DNA of 63,861 nucleotides, counting the filler, from an uncultured Methanosarcinales archaeon (lineage in GTDB: Archaea > Nanobdellota > Nanobdellia > Woesearchaeales > CAYSVS01): the NCBI GenBank assembly GCA_964434475.1. It is 13 parts of 13 records of this genome, joined end to end, with 100 filler letters (N's around TTAATTAATTAA, not from the genome) between each part and the next. Parts side by side here need not be neighbours in the genome. Positions count along the whole stretch, not along the records: positions 32,420 to 37,032 come from CAYSVS010000079.1; positions 37,133 to 41,723 come from CAYSVS010000080.1; positions 41,824 to 46,385 come from CAYSVS010000081.1; 10 more parts are not named here. One strand, 5' to 3'. Under the pieces are notes generated by a model. It was given only the letters and a program-made list of their open reading frames with translations, was not told where the DNA came from and did no database searches. Made by a program: the position numbers and the translations under genes. Positions 32,473-42,390 of this stretch are shown here, one piece after another; position 1 is the stretch's first letter; each line of letters begins with the position of its first letter.

Positions 32473-33201
32473 AAGCTAAAAACGTGCTCTCAGCTTAGCG
32501 GAACAATCTGTCAATCTAATGAAGATTGCGATGGAACAGGAATGCCCTCAAGTGATGTAGATATATGCTGTTTAGGAAGCTGTGTTGATATTGACCCTTG
32601 CGCAGATATTACTTGTTCTGATAGCTATTATTGTGTCGATGGATCTTGCCAAAAGAAAACATGTGATCAGATGCAGGGAATAATATGCAGTGGAGATACT
32701 GTTTGTTCTGAAGATACAAAAAGTTCTTCAGATACTTCAAACTGTTGTTTAGCAGAATGCATAACAGAGGAGGAAACTTGTCAAACTGATTCTGACTGTG
32801 ATGATGGAGATAGCTCTACTATTGATGTTTGTTATGATGAATTTTCTGGAGATGATTTGTGTGTATCTGTAGACCAATCAGTTCCCTTTGATGAATCTCT
32901 TGCTTTTCAAAATCTTAAGGAATTAAGTAACCTTGCTGATATATGTCCAATAGAAGAAATTACAGAAGCATCTCCTTTTGTATATATGGAAATCACCTAT
33001 GATCAGGCTAAAATCGATAGTTTCAATGAAGATAATCCATATGTTACTGAAATCCCACATGGTTATGCGATGGCAAAAGCATGGATAATTGAATGCACTG
33101 TTGGTTCAGATAGAAAAGCAGAACAGACAAGAATATACCAGACGCCAGGAACAAATTCATATAGGATAAGCTATAGTGGAACTGTCTGGGATGTTACCTG
33201 A
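32473..33201 (+). CDS. Cys-rich repeat surface protein, 5' cut by the IS
   Basis: Frame open from 32473 (KLKTCSQLSGTIC..); repeats TCxQxxGxIC..SSD..CC; CDDGD..TID. Confidence 0.7.
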   Translation, partial: KLKTCSQLSGTICQSNEDCDGTGMPSSDVDICCLGSCVDIDPCADITCSDSYYCVDGSCQKKTCDQMQGIICSGDTVCSEDTKSSSDTSNCCLAECITEEETCQTDSDCDDGDSSTIDVCYDEFSGDDLCVSVDQSVPFDESLAFQNLKELSNLADICPIEEITEASPFVYMEITYDQAKIDSFNEDNPYVTEIPHGYAMAKAWIIECTVGSDRKAEQTRIYQTPGTNSYRISYSGTVWDVT

Positions 33202-33314
33202 TTTTGTTTTAAATCGAATTTATCGCAAAATTAATGTCTATTATAATGAATTTATAAGTAGCATAAAGGTCAAAACAAAAAATTTATTAATTTAAGCATT
33301 AAATTACTTATAAA

Positions 33315-35474
33315 ATGACTTTGATAAAAAATCTAAAATTATTTACTATTTTTTTGAGTGCAATGATTTTAATTTCATTTGTCTATGCTGAAGAATGCAC
33401 AGATGATGATGGGGGAATAAATTTCTATGAGAAAGGTGAAACATGTAGTGATTATGAATTTGGAGAGATGACATGTGCTGTTGACGAATGTCATGATGAT
33501 ACTCGTTTATTTGAGCAAAGATGTTTGGACGGCAAATATCTTAGAACTCTTAATACTGATTGTGAATTTGGTTGTCAGGATGGTGCTTGTATTGAAGCTC
33601 CAGTACCATCGTGTGAAGATAGTGATGGTGGTATCAATTATGAAGTTAAGGGACAGGTCATGTATGAAACACATCCTTATTATGATGTTTGCCGCGATTT
33701 TCAAGGCAAGATATTGATTAAGGAATGGTATTGTGATGATGAAAACATGCTAAAATTCAAAGAGATTGAATGCACAGGTACTTGCGAAGATGGGGCGTGT
33801 TTATCAAAACCTACATACACTTGTACTGAAACAGATAATGGGTATGACATTTATAATGCAGGAGTTACTACTGGAGTATTTGCTCATGATACTTCGGGAA
33901 ACATAAAGGATTATACAGATTATTGTGTTTCTAGTAAACTACTAAGCGAGTCATATTGTCAGGACGGCAGGGTGGAATTTAAACAGGTTGAATGCGAAAA
34001 AGGTTGTACTGGAAGCAATACGCAAGGCAGATGTAATGAAGAAGAAGAGAAAGAATTTGAAGACGAACCTTTTGATGATGATGCAGATTTTCTTTATTTC
34101 TATGCTGAAACTGATTGTAGCCATTGTGTAAGGGCTGAAGATGCAGTTGATAGACTTGAAAAAGAAATTGATTTAAAAAAAATAAGCATTGGTAAGCTAA
34201 CAGATAATAATGATGTCATAGGAGACTCTATAGCCGAAAAATGGAATGTTAAAACTGTGCCAACATTAGTTCATACTTCAACAAAATCCATAAAGTCAGG
34301 TTATATTAGTTATGAAGATTGGAAATCCTGGGTAAATCAGCAGACAAAAACACCTAACTACGATAAAAAAGAAGGTCCGAAGATAAGAGATTTCATGAAC
34401 GTTAATAATGAATACATCTTCAAGACAGATTATATCTATAAAGAGGTATACATAGATGGGAATAAAGTTAATGCGAAAATAAGTCATGCGGGAGGATCTG
34501 TAGGTACAAAATATGTTGTTCAATGCAAGAAAGGTAATACGCTTGAATTACGTTATGAATATCCAGATAATTCTGGAATTGTATTTACAACGTATGATAT
34601 TTCAAAAGCTGGATGTAACTCAAAATCTAAAGAAAATACAGAAAATATAAATGAAAAACTCTTGGCAGATTATTTCTTTTTAAAAGAAGATTCTACTTAT
34701 AATTTTTATTTAAGTCCAACTTTTCAAGGAGTTGATCCTAAACAGATTGGCATTATGGTTTCCTTTTCAGGACATAGATTTGTTTCATCTGAAGGAGAGA
34801 CAAAAAAACAGGAAGTTTTTAGTCAAATTAGCAACGAGCCACATTCTGGAAATAAATGGATAATTAATAAACAATTACATTATGATTCACTTCTCGGAGC
34901 TTATAAAATAAGAGAGTTAACTGAGGATGAATTTAATAATATCTTTGAAGATATTACCATCATACTAAAATATAAAACAGAACAAAATAAAATAGCAAAG
35001 AATATCAAGGATATATTTGTTAAAGAACTAATTAATCCGTCTACTGATGAACCTCTTAATATAAATTCTGAAAAAGATATATGTAAGGGGTGTACTCATG
35101 ATGATGTGTGTTACTCTTTAGGTTATAGAAAAGAAGGTACATTCTGTACTGATAAGCTACATTTTGAATCACAAAAAGATGATAATAATAATTGTTCTAA
35201 TGCATTCGAATGTAAATCAAATATTTGTGAAAAAAATCAATGTGGAAGATACTGCGATGGATGTAAAGATTCAAATAAAAACTGCCATCCATTTGGAATA
35301 AGGGTAGATAATAAATTCTGTAACTTGAATAAAGAATTTGCCGCTCAAAAATCAAATGAAGGTTCTTGTAGTAATAACTATGAATGTATTAGCAATCTAT
35401 GTATCAATAGCAAATGTATTGAACCAAGTTTTCTACAAAAGATTTTAGATTGGTTTAAAAATATATTCGGATAA
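33315..35474 (+). CDS. Secreted Cys-rich repeat protein with an internal thioredoxin-like domain
   Basis: Signal peptide; three CxD(S/T)D(G/N)G-like repeats; YFYAETDCSHC..VKTVPTL; C-terminal CxNxxECxSNxC repeats. Confidence 0.8.
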   Translation: MTLIKNLKLFTIFLSAMILISFVYAEECTDDDGGINFYEKGETCSDYEFGEMTCAVDECHDDTRLFEQRCLDGKYLRTLNTDCEFGCQDGACIEAPVPSCEDSDGGINYEVKGQVMYETHPYYDVCRDFQGKILIKEWYCDDENMLKFKEIECTGTCEDGACLSKPTYTCTETDNGYDIYNAGVTTGVFAHDTSGNIKDYTDYCVSSKLLSESYCQDGRVEFKQVECEKGCTGSNTQGRCNEEEEKEFEDEPFDDDADFLYFYAETDCSHCVRAEDAVDRLEKEIDLKKISIGKLTDNNDVIGDSIAEKWNVKTVPTLVHTSTKSIKSGYISYEDWKSWVNQQTKTPNYDKKEGPKIRDFMNVNNEYIFKTDYIYKEVYIDGNKVNAKISHAGGSVGTKYVVQCKKGNTLELRYEYPDNSGIVFTTYDISKAGCNSKSKENTENINEKLLADYFFLKEDSTYNFYLSPTFQGVDPKQIGIMVSFSGHRFVSSEGETKKQEVFSQISNEPHSGNKWIINKQLHYDSLLGAYKIRELTEDEFNNIFEDITIILKYKTEQNKIAKNIKDIFVKELINPSTDEPLNINSEKDICKGCTHDDVCYSLGYRKEGTFCTDKLHFESQKDDNNNCSNAFECKSNICEKNQCGRYCDGCKDSNKNCHPFGIRVDNKFCNLNKEFAAQKSNEGSCSNNYECISNLCINSKCIEPSFLQKILDWFKNIFG

Positions 35475-35698
35475 TATTTTTCTTTTTTTGTATTTGTCCA
35501 AACCTTAATGTATTTCTAAAACGCTCTTCGAGCTGAATAAAAAACGCCCCTAGACGTACTTGCTAGATGGGGCTTCGCCCTTGAAAAAGGAAACCCCCTA
35601 AACTATAGTCTTGCTTCGCAAGAATTGATTGAAAAGTAAGAATTTTACTCTGCGGACGCAGGTTTTCCGGACTCCGCTTCGCTCGTAACGGAAAACGT

Positions 35699-35816
35699 AT
35701 TTAACAGGGCTTAAAGGGTTCGAAACGACCGCCTTCGGCTATTTTGCCAAGCAAAATTCGTTTCTCTCCCAAATTTTTTCCTGCGGAAAAAACTTCCCTT
35801 AAGCCCGATGTTATAT
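35699..35816 (+). mobile_element. attC-like integron recombination site
   Basis: R'' ATTTAAC, R' GTTATAT, GGGCTTAAAGGG/CCCTTAAGCCC with an unpaired base, nested internal hairpins. Confidence 0.7.
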
Positions 35817-35878
35817 TCAATATTTTTCTGGGGGCTAGAAGAGTAACATTTATATTAACGAATCATTTAATTTAAAAT

Positions 35879-36586
35879 ATGATAAAACCAATTTCAACTT
35901 TATTTATGTTAATGTCTGTTGATGGAAAAATTTCAACAGGCAATACTGATAATTTAGATGTCGATAAAGATTTTCCTAAAATAAAAGGAATCAAAGAAGG
36001 CTTACAACAATATTATGATATAGAGCAAACAACTGATTTGTATTCTTTGAATTCTGGAAAAGTCCAAGCAAAAGTCGGAGCAAATAAGCCTCAAAAAAAT
36101 ATTGTTAAATTACCAGTTAGTTTTCTGATTATTGATAATCAACCTCATTTAAACGAAATTGGTGTAGATAATTTCATTAGGAAAAGTAAAAAACTGTTTA
36201 TTATCACAACCAATAAAAATCACCCTGCTTTTGATAGACAAACTGAGGATAATCTTGAAATTATTTACTATGAAAATGAGATTGATTTTGTTGATTTGTT
36301 CAGAAAACTAAAAGAAGATTTTAAAATTAATAATTTAACAATTCAAACTGGTGCTACCTTAAATTCTCTTTTTTTGAGGCTGAAATTAATTGATAAAATT
36401 TCTATTGTTGTTGCTCCTGCTTTAATCGGAGGGAAAGAAACGCCTTCTTTGATAGACGGAAAATCTTTATCTTCTGTTGATATGTTGAAATATATTAAAG
36501 CGTTGAAATTGGTAGATGCAAAAAAACTAAATGATTCTTATTTACATTTAAAGTATGATGTAATTAATGAAACTATTATCGATTAA
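35879..36586 (+). CDS. RibD C-terminal / DHFR-like reductase, cassette-borne
   Basis: MSVDGKIST, IQTGATLN, IDKISIVVAPALIGG, LHLKY. Confidence 0.85.
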   Translation: MIKPISTLFMLMSVDGKISTGNTDNLDVDKDFPKIKGIKEGLQQYYDIEQTTDLYSLNSGKVQAKVGANKPQKNIVKLPVSFLIIDNQPHLNEIGVDNFIRKSKKLFIITTNKNHPAFDRQTEDNLEIIYYENEIDFVDLFRKLKEDFKINNLTIQTGATLNSLFLRLKLIDKISIVVAPALIGGKETPSLIDGKSLSSVDMLKYIKALKLVDAKKLNDSYLHLKYDVINETIID

Positions 36587-36650
36587 CGCCCCCAGAAAAA
36601 TACTCTGAAATTTCCCTTCGGGACGTTGCACTAAATTTCAGCCCTACGGG

Positions 36651-36678
36651 GAATATAACAAGGATCCTGATGTTATAC
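36651..36678 (+). mobile_element. Internally deleted mini attC
   Basis: GAATATAAC-AAGGATCCTGAT-GTTATAC; GAATATAAC is the exact complement of GTTATATTC at the cassette start. Confidence 0.6.
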
Positions 36679-36950
36679 GCAATTCAAAAAAATATTTTTC
36701 TAACGGAGAATAAAGAATGATAGGCTTTCAAAGGGGAATAAATTTGATTTTTTCTAAAAAAAGAGGGGGATAATATTTTGTTTTCTGCACTTTGTTCCGA
36801 AAACGATTTAAATTTTAAGAGAAATCTTTATAATTATAATATAGGTAAATTTTAATTTGGTTCTTCTGAGAATTCTGTGGGTAAGTGCGTAAAAACGGGG
36901 CAGTTGGGTTATGCTAGTAGCATATGTAAAACACCACCCTATAAAACCAT

Positions 36951-37032
36951 AGCTATCTTAATCACCACATAACCAATGCAGTTGCTGAAGGGTTAAACTC
37001 TAAAATTCAAACAATAAAAGCAAATGCTCGTG
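36951..37032 (+). pseudogene. ISL3-family transposase C-terminal fragment
   Basis: SYLNHHITNAVAEGLNSKIQTIKANAR. Confidence 0.8.
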
Positions 37033-37133
37033 NNNNNNNNNNNNNNNNNNNNNNNNNNNNNNNNNNNNNNNNNNNNTTAATTAATTAANNNNNNNNNNNN
37101 NNNNNNNNNNNNNNNNNNNNNNNNNNNNNNNNT

Positions 37134-38507
37134 ATGACTTTTCGTAAATTAGCAGATCATATTATTGACCGTACAACTAAAGCGTTTAATCCTGAAGTGG
37201 TGAAATTAGGAGATACTATTTTTTTAGCAGACTGGTTTATTCCCTGGTTTGTAGAAAATATACATCCTTTGATTAAACACACTTATATAATAATTAGTAG
37301 CGATACCGATGGTTGGAATCCTGATCCTTTTCAATCGGCTAGAACTTTATTGTTAGATCCTAAAGTAGGAGCTTGGTTTTCTAAAAATTTCATTTTTTCC
37401 AATCATCCTAAATGTTTTCAAATTCCAATTGGCCAATATATTATATATTGGGGTCAGAATTTTAATAAAGCAGTGGATATTTTAGATGTTAAAGATTGGT
37501 ATTGGGATAAAAAGGAATTATGCTATTACAATCTTCATTCAGAATCTAATCCTACTAGAGCTGAGTTAAAAAAACATTTAGAAAATCAGCCTTTTTGTCG
37601 AAGTCATGTAGATAAAGCTTATTTGAGACTGCGACAATATTATGAAAATATAGCTCAAGCCAAATTTGTACCTTGCCCTAGAGGATATGGCATAGATACA
37701 GTTAGATTTTGGGAAGTAGTTTTGCTCGGTAGCATACCTATTATAAAACATTCTCCATTAGATGGCATATATTCTAATTTTCCTGTTCTTTTTGTAAATG
37801 ATTGGACAGACATAACAGAAGATTTTTTAAATAAAAAATATAATGAATTATCTGGCAGACCTAAAAATACAGATAGAGCTTTAATTCCATTTTGGGAAAA
37901 TAAGATTAAACAAGTTCAAAAAAAAATTCGCAAAGGAAATTATCAAGATTCTTTATTAGAAACTGCTGCATTGTCTTTTGAAGATCAGCAGGAAATGGTT
38001 TCTATTTTTAAAAGATTAAAAACTTATAAAAATGAAGCTTTGATTATTTATGGCGGTTATATGGGTGTGCGTCCCGCCCAAATTGCTAATTTATTTTCTT
38101 CGATACAATTCTTTTTTGTTGCAGATTGGTGGGGAGCTCATCCAGGTGGAAATTATAAAAATTTTTTTAGTGGATATGTTAAAGATCCAGCTATTTTAGC
38201 AAGAGCAAATCGTATAACTCCTATAGATTCTCGTAATATTATTAAATATTTGAAATCTAGACGTTTTAAAAGAACTCATATTTTTTATGATTTAACTCAT
38301 AAACAAGATTCTATAGAGGAAGTATTTTATGATGCTGAAAGTTTTGAACAAAATTTAATTAAATTTATCACCAATTTAAAAAAAGAGTCTATAATTTTTG
38401 GAAATATGGCTGATCATTCCTATGTTAGAGAAGTTTTAGCAAGGACAAACAAGAATTATAACATTAATATTTATGTTAAAAATAAAATATGGTTTTTCTG
38501 CAAGTGA
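37134..38507 (+). CDS. Exostosin/GT47-like glycosyltransferase domain protein (5' partial)
   Basis: KFVPCPRGYGIDTVRFWEVVLLGSIPI..FPVLFVNDW. Confidence 0.7.
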   Translation: MTFRKLADHIIDRTTKAFNPEVVKLGDTIFLADWFIPWFVENIHPLIKHTYIIISSDTDGWNPDPFQSARTLLLDPKVGAWFSKNFIFSNHPKCFQIPIGQYIIYWGQNFNKAVDILDVKDWYWDKKELCYYNLHSESNPTRAELKKHLENQPFCRSHVDKAYLRLRQYYENIAQAKFVPCPRGYGIDTVRFWEVVLLGSIPIIKHSPLDGIYSNFPVLFVNDWTDITEDFLNKKYNELSGRPKNTDRALIPFWENKIKQVQKKIRKGNYQDSLLETAALSFEDQQEMVSIFKRLKTYKNEALIIYGGYMGVRPAQIANLFSSIQFFFVADWWGAHPGGNYKNFFSGYVKDPAILARANRITPIDSRNIIKYLKSRRFKRTHIFYDLTHKQDSIEEVFYDAESFEQNLIKFITNLKKESIIFGNMADHSYVREVLARTNKNYNINIYVKNKIWFFCK

Positions 38508-38535
38508 CTGTAAATTTCAACAAAAGGAAAAATAA

Positions 38536-39525
38536 ATGGCATTGCAATTTAGATGGCTTGTAATTTTTGCAGTTTGTTGTGTTTTTAAAGATCATAGCTT
38601 TATAAGCGCTGGTGAAACACAGTTATTAGGTCCTTATCCTATAGAATTTGCAGTATCTGAAACTAAATTGGTTAAAGAAATACCTAAAAAAGATCGAGAT
38701 TTTGCTTATCTAATTCCAGGTCATCATAAAACTTACAAATATTGGGATGAGCATAAGTATTACTATGATTATTCTCGTTCTTATTATGCTATTACATGTA
38801 GAAAAGCAGGATCTGATTGTTTAAGGCATTGGGAAATCTTAACTGCCGGTTGTATTCCCTATTTTACTGATTTGGATCTTGTTCATCAAAAATGCATGCC
38901 TTTTTTTCCTCGTGAGCTGATTAAAGAAGCCATGCATCTTAAAGGAGTTAATGGTAAAGATATGACCATTGATCATAGTTGTTTTGATGAGAAACGTTAT
39001 TATGAAATCTTACATGAATTGATGGAATATACTAAAAATTATCTTACAGCGGAAAAAATAGCTGAATATATATTAAAAACTTTGAATTATTCCGGTCATG
39101 GAAAAGTATTGTTTATTTCTGGTTCTACTAGTCCGGATTATTTGCGTTGTTGTACTTTGATTGGATTAAAAGAATTTTTACAGGATAAATGTGTAGATTA
39201 TCCTAAAATTCCTCATATATATAAAACCTTTCCTGTGGCAAATGCTCGAGGACAATATGGAAGAGGATTTTCTTACACTCGTATTGTTGAAGATATTCCT
39301 ATAGATAGATCTAATATTGAACAGAGAATAGCTAATAGAGAATTTGAATTGATTATTTATGGATCTGTTCATCGTGGAAGAAATTTTTTAGAATTGGTTA
39401 AAAAGTATTATCCTATTGAAAAAATAGCTTATTTATGTGGTGAAGACGGCCATTCTTGTGAATATAGTTATTGGCCGAATTTATTTATTCGTGAGTATCA
39501 GTGTTTAGACAAACGATTACGTTAA
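38536..39525 (+). CDS. Glycosyltransferase-like protein
   Basis: YAITCRKAGSDCLRHWEILTAGCIPYF, IIYGSVHR, CGED. Confidence 0.55.
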   Translation: MALQFRWLVIFAVCCVFKDHSFISAGETQLLGPYPIEFAVSETKLVKEIPKKDRDFAYLIPGHHKTYKYWDEHKYYYDYSRSYYAITCRKAGSDCLRHWEILTAGCIPYFTDLDLVHQKCMPFFPRELIKEAMHLKGVNGKDMTIDHSCFDEKRYYEILHELMEYTKNYLTAEKIAEYILKTLNYSGHGKVLFISGSTSPDYLRCCTLIGLKEFLQDKCVDYPKIPHIYKTFPVANARGQYGRGFSYTRIVEDIPIDRSNIEQRIANREFELIIYGSVHRGRNFLELVKKYYPIEKIAYLCGEDGHSCEYSYWPNLFIREYQCLDKRLR

Positions 39526-39572
39526 GTTTGATGATAGGAAAGATCTGTTCATGAACTTTAAAAGAGGTAATA

Positions 39573-40628
39573 ATGGGATTATTAATACGTTATTTATTGA
39601 TTAATATTTTAGTTTTATTTACGCCGTTGTTTTGTATTCAATACACAGAACAGTCTATTGAAAAGATTAAAGTATTTACTTATAACAATGTCCAAGACCA
39701 GATTCTATTTGAAGCTTTAGATTATTTTAATGTCCCATATCAAAAAATTGATAAAATAGAAAAGAATGACCAGCAATTGTATGTGATTTGTAATATTGAA
39801 AGTTTAACAGAAGAACAATTGCCAAAGTATTTTATTGTTTTTCAGACGCAAAATTTAGATCAAAGGGGTTTAACAGAACAAGATTTTCAAAAGTTATCTA
39901 AAGCAGTAGTTGTTTGGGATTATGATTTAAGTAATGTTAATAAGTATAGTTCTCGTATTATTCAACATATGCCTCCGTGGCATGAAGCAGCAAAAGCTGA
40001 TCCGGCTATTTTACCGCTTTTTTTACCTGTACAAGCATTAGATACTTATAGAGAAATATTAAAGTATAGCATTATACATGATTCTGATATTAACCAACAT
40101 CTGCCAACTATCTATTGTCATACTTTAATGAGTAATCCAAAATTAATTATGGAATTAGGAGTGAGAGGGGGGGAATCGACCAAAGCTTTATTTGGAGCTG
40201 CTAAAATAACTAATGGCAAGTTGATAGGATTGGATATAGATCTAAGTTGTATCGATATATATAAGCGATTGCATGCTCCTGATATGGTTCAATTTTTGTG
40301 TCAAAATGATATTGATTTTGGCATAAAAAACCGTGATTTTTATAATCAGCAAGTTGATGTGCTTTTTATTGACACATCACATGAGTATATTCAGACTTTA
40401 AAAGAAATTACTATCTACCTTCCATTTCTAAATCAAAATGGAATTATGCTTTTTCATGATTCTAATTGGAATTCTAGATTATCTGGCGTAACACGTGCTT
40501 TAAAAAGGCATTTTGGAGATTTTGATGAAACTCAATATATTTTCAAAGTCTTTAATTATAAAGGGCATAAGTGGAAAATGATACATTATCCGAATAAAAA
40601 TGGATTGATGGTATTAAAAAAACTTTAA
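39573..40628 (+). CDS. Class I methyltransferase (Methyltransf_24-like) with N-terminal extension
   Basis: MELGVRGGEST, LFIDTSHEY, GIMLFHDS. Confidence 0.8.
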   Translation: MGLLIRYLLINILVLFTPLFCIQYTEQSIEKIKVFTYNNVQDQILFEALDYFNVPYQKIDKIEKNDQQLYVICNIESLTEEQLPKYFIVFQTQNLDQRGLTEQDFQKLSKAVVVWDYDLSNVNKYSSRIIQHMPPWHEAAKADPAILPLFLPVQALDTYREILKYSIIHDSDINQHLPTIYCHTLMSNPKLIMELGVRGGESTKALFGAAKITNGKLIGLDIDLSCIDIYKRLHAPDMVQFLCQNDIDFGIKNRDFYNQQVDVLFIDTSHEYIQTLKEITIYLPFLNQNGIMLFHDSNWNSRLSGVTRALKRHFGDFDETQYIFKVFNYKGHKWKMIHYPNKNGLMVLKKL

Positions 40629-40649
40629 TTAAATAATTAGGATGCTTTT

Positions 40650-41615
40650 ATGTCTAAAAAAATATGGCTGTGTTTGATTTTGGCTATATTAATGTTTGCT
40701 AATTTATCTGCTAAAATTAGAGTGCTTACTTTTTACTATAACAAACCAGAATTTATTGAATTGCAGATACGTTGTTTAGATAAGTTTTTAACAGAGGATT
40801 ATGAATTTATTGTTTTTAATGATGCCAGAGAGCCTAAAAATATAGAAGATATCCAAAAAACATGTGAAAAATACCAAGTTAAATGTATTAGATATGAACA
40901 AGATTGGCATGAACAGGATCCTTTAAATGATTATTTGCTGCCTTTGATTAGATCAAAAAATGTTTATTCCCATTTATCTCATTTACAAGCAGCACATGTA
41001 GTATCTTTAGAAGCTTGTAAACATCTAATAGCTCAGCAGCCAAGTATACGGCATGCGCATGTAATGCAATATGCTTTAGATCATTATGGGTATGACCACA
41101 ATGATATTGTTATTATTATGGATGGAGATGCTTTTTTGATTAGACAATTTAATCTAAGAGCTATGATGAAGAAAGCCGATATTGTTGGAATAAAGAGAAT
41201 TACCGAGGTGGAAAAATGTGAATATGTATGGGTTCCTTTTTTGGCTTTAAATATGCCTATTTTACCTAACAAACAGGATTTGAGATTTCATGCTGATGTG
41301 ATTAATAATAAATTAGAAGATACAGGTTCTCACAGTTTTTTTTATTTTAAAAGAAATCCTAAATTGCGAGTTGTTAAATTGGCTGCTGAAGCTTCTCAAG
41401 GCTTGAATCATTGGCATATTTCTCAAATTTGGAAATATGGTTTTACTAGGCATGAAGCTAATTTTATTAAAAGTATGGAAAATGATTTAAACGCAGAATT
41501 TTGTATTAATAGACATGTTTTACATTTTGGCAATGTTTCTTTTATACTTGAACATGATAAAAGAAAACAAGTTCATATGGAAAAATTTTTAAGAACCATT
41601 CTTAATGCTAAATAA
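40650..41615 (+). CDS. GT-A-fold-like glycosyltransferase with signal peptide
   Basis: PEFIELQ, FIVFNDA, IMDGDAFL (DxD), DTG. Confidence 0.55.
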   Translation: MSKKIWLCLILAILMFANLSAKIRVLTFYYNKPEFIELQIRCLDKFLTEDYEFIVFNDAREPKNIEDIQKTCEKYQVKCIRYEQDWHEQDPLNDYLLPLIRSKNVYSHLSHLQAAHVVSLEACKHLIAQQPSIRHAHVMQYALDHYGYDHNDIVIIMDGDAFLIRQFNLRAMMKKADIVGIKRITEVEKCEYVWVPFLALNMPILPNKQDLRFHADVINNKLEDTGSHSFFYFKRNPKLRVVKLAAEASQGLNHWHISQIWKYGFTRHEANFIKSMENDLNAEFCINRHVLHFGNVSFILEHDKRKQVHMEKFLRTILNAK

Positions 41616-41668
41616 TAAGTTTAGTTGTATTTTTTTTGAATACTCTTATTGTCAGGTTCGGAACGAGC

Positions 41669-41723
41669 GTAAGCGGCAATTCTACCCATCTTTTTTAAAA
41701 TTCACTTTAACCGGCATTCTTTT
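41669..41723 (+). mobile_element. IS66-family-like end
   Basis: GTAAGCG terminus exactly 55 nt from the contig end. Confidence 0.5.
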
Positions 41724-41879
41724 NNNNNNNNNNNNNNNNNNNNNNNNNNNNNNNNNNNNNNNNNNNNTTAATTAATTAANNNNNNNNNNNNNNNNNNNNN
41801 NNNNNNNNNNNNNNNNNNNNNNNTTTTGATTTCTTGAAATAGATGTTTGCAGGATCATTATGCAATTAATAATCAAATG

Positions 41880-41941
41880 TCTAGAACCTCTTTTTATTAT
41901 ATATTTTAAAGTCTTTATATTTATAAAATTTACTGAGAAAA
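41880..41941 (-). repeat. Duplicated promoter/RBS leader; second copy at 44986-45048
   Basis: TTTTCTCAGTAAA.TTTATAA...AAAATATATAAT..AGAGGTTCTAGA in both copies. Confidence 0.75.
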
Positions 41942-41946
41942 TTAGT

Positions 41947-42390
41947 TTATATGACCTTGTTTTTTAGTTTGGGATAAATCCTATTCGAAAATTCAATAAC
42001 TTTTTCTGCATATTCTTTGTCTAGTCTTTTTCCATAATACAAGATTCCATTTCTAAAATATCTTAATTGATCTAAAAATAATATTTCTTTTTCAGTTATT
42101 CCTAGAAATCTTGTGTATGCAATTTCTGATTCATGGGCTCCTTGACCACTGGAATTATATCCGTCTAAATACATTTTTGCTCTTATCAAAAGCATTATTG
42201 TATCGTAACAGTATTCAACATAATCATTTGCATTTTCTTCCTTTATTCCTATTTTATTTATGTTCTCTTTTAGTGATTTAGTCTTTCTTTCTGATTCTGA
42301 TATTAGACTTTTTGCCCTTTCGCTATCTTTTTTAATCTTCTTAACTACGCCTTCTTCCATATATTCATTAAATTGTTTCAAGTATCTCAT
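41947..42390 (-). CDS. HEPN-domain protein
   Basis: YCYD, GAHE, LRYFRNGILYYG; ATGA overlap with the MNT gene. Confidence 0.75.
   Translation of the reverse strand: MRYLKQFNEYMEEGVVKKIKKDSERAKSLISESERKTKSLKENINKIGIKEENANDYVEYCYDTIMLLIRAKMYLDGYNSSGQGAHESEIAYTRFLGITEKEILFLDQLRYFRNGILYYGKRLDKEYAEKVIEFSNRIYPKLKNKVI

Noticed and set aside
36672..36920. Second cassette ending at GCGTAAAAAC..GTTATGC
   Set aside because: Core-site match is imperfect, with no clear stem and no ORF.
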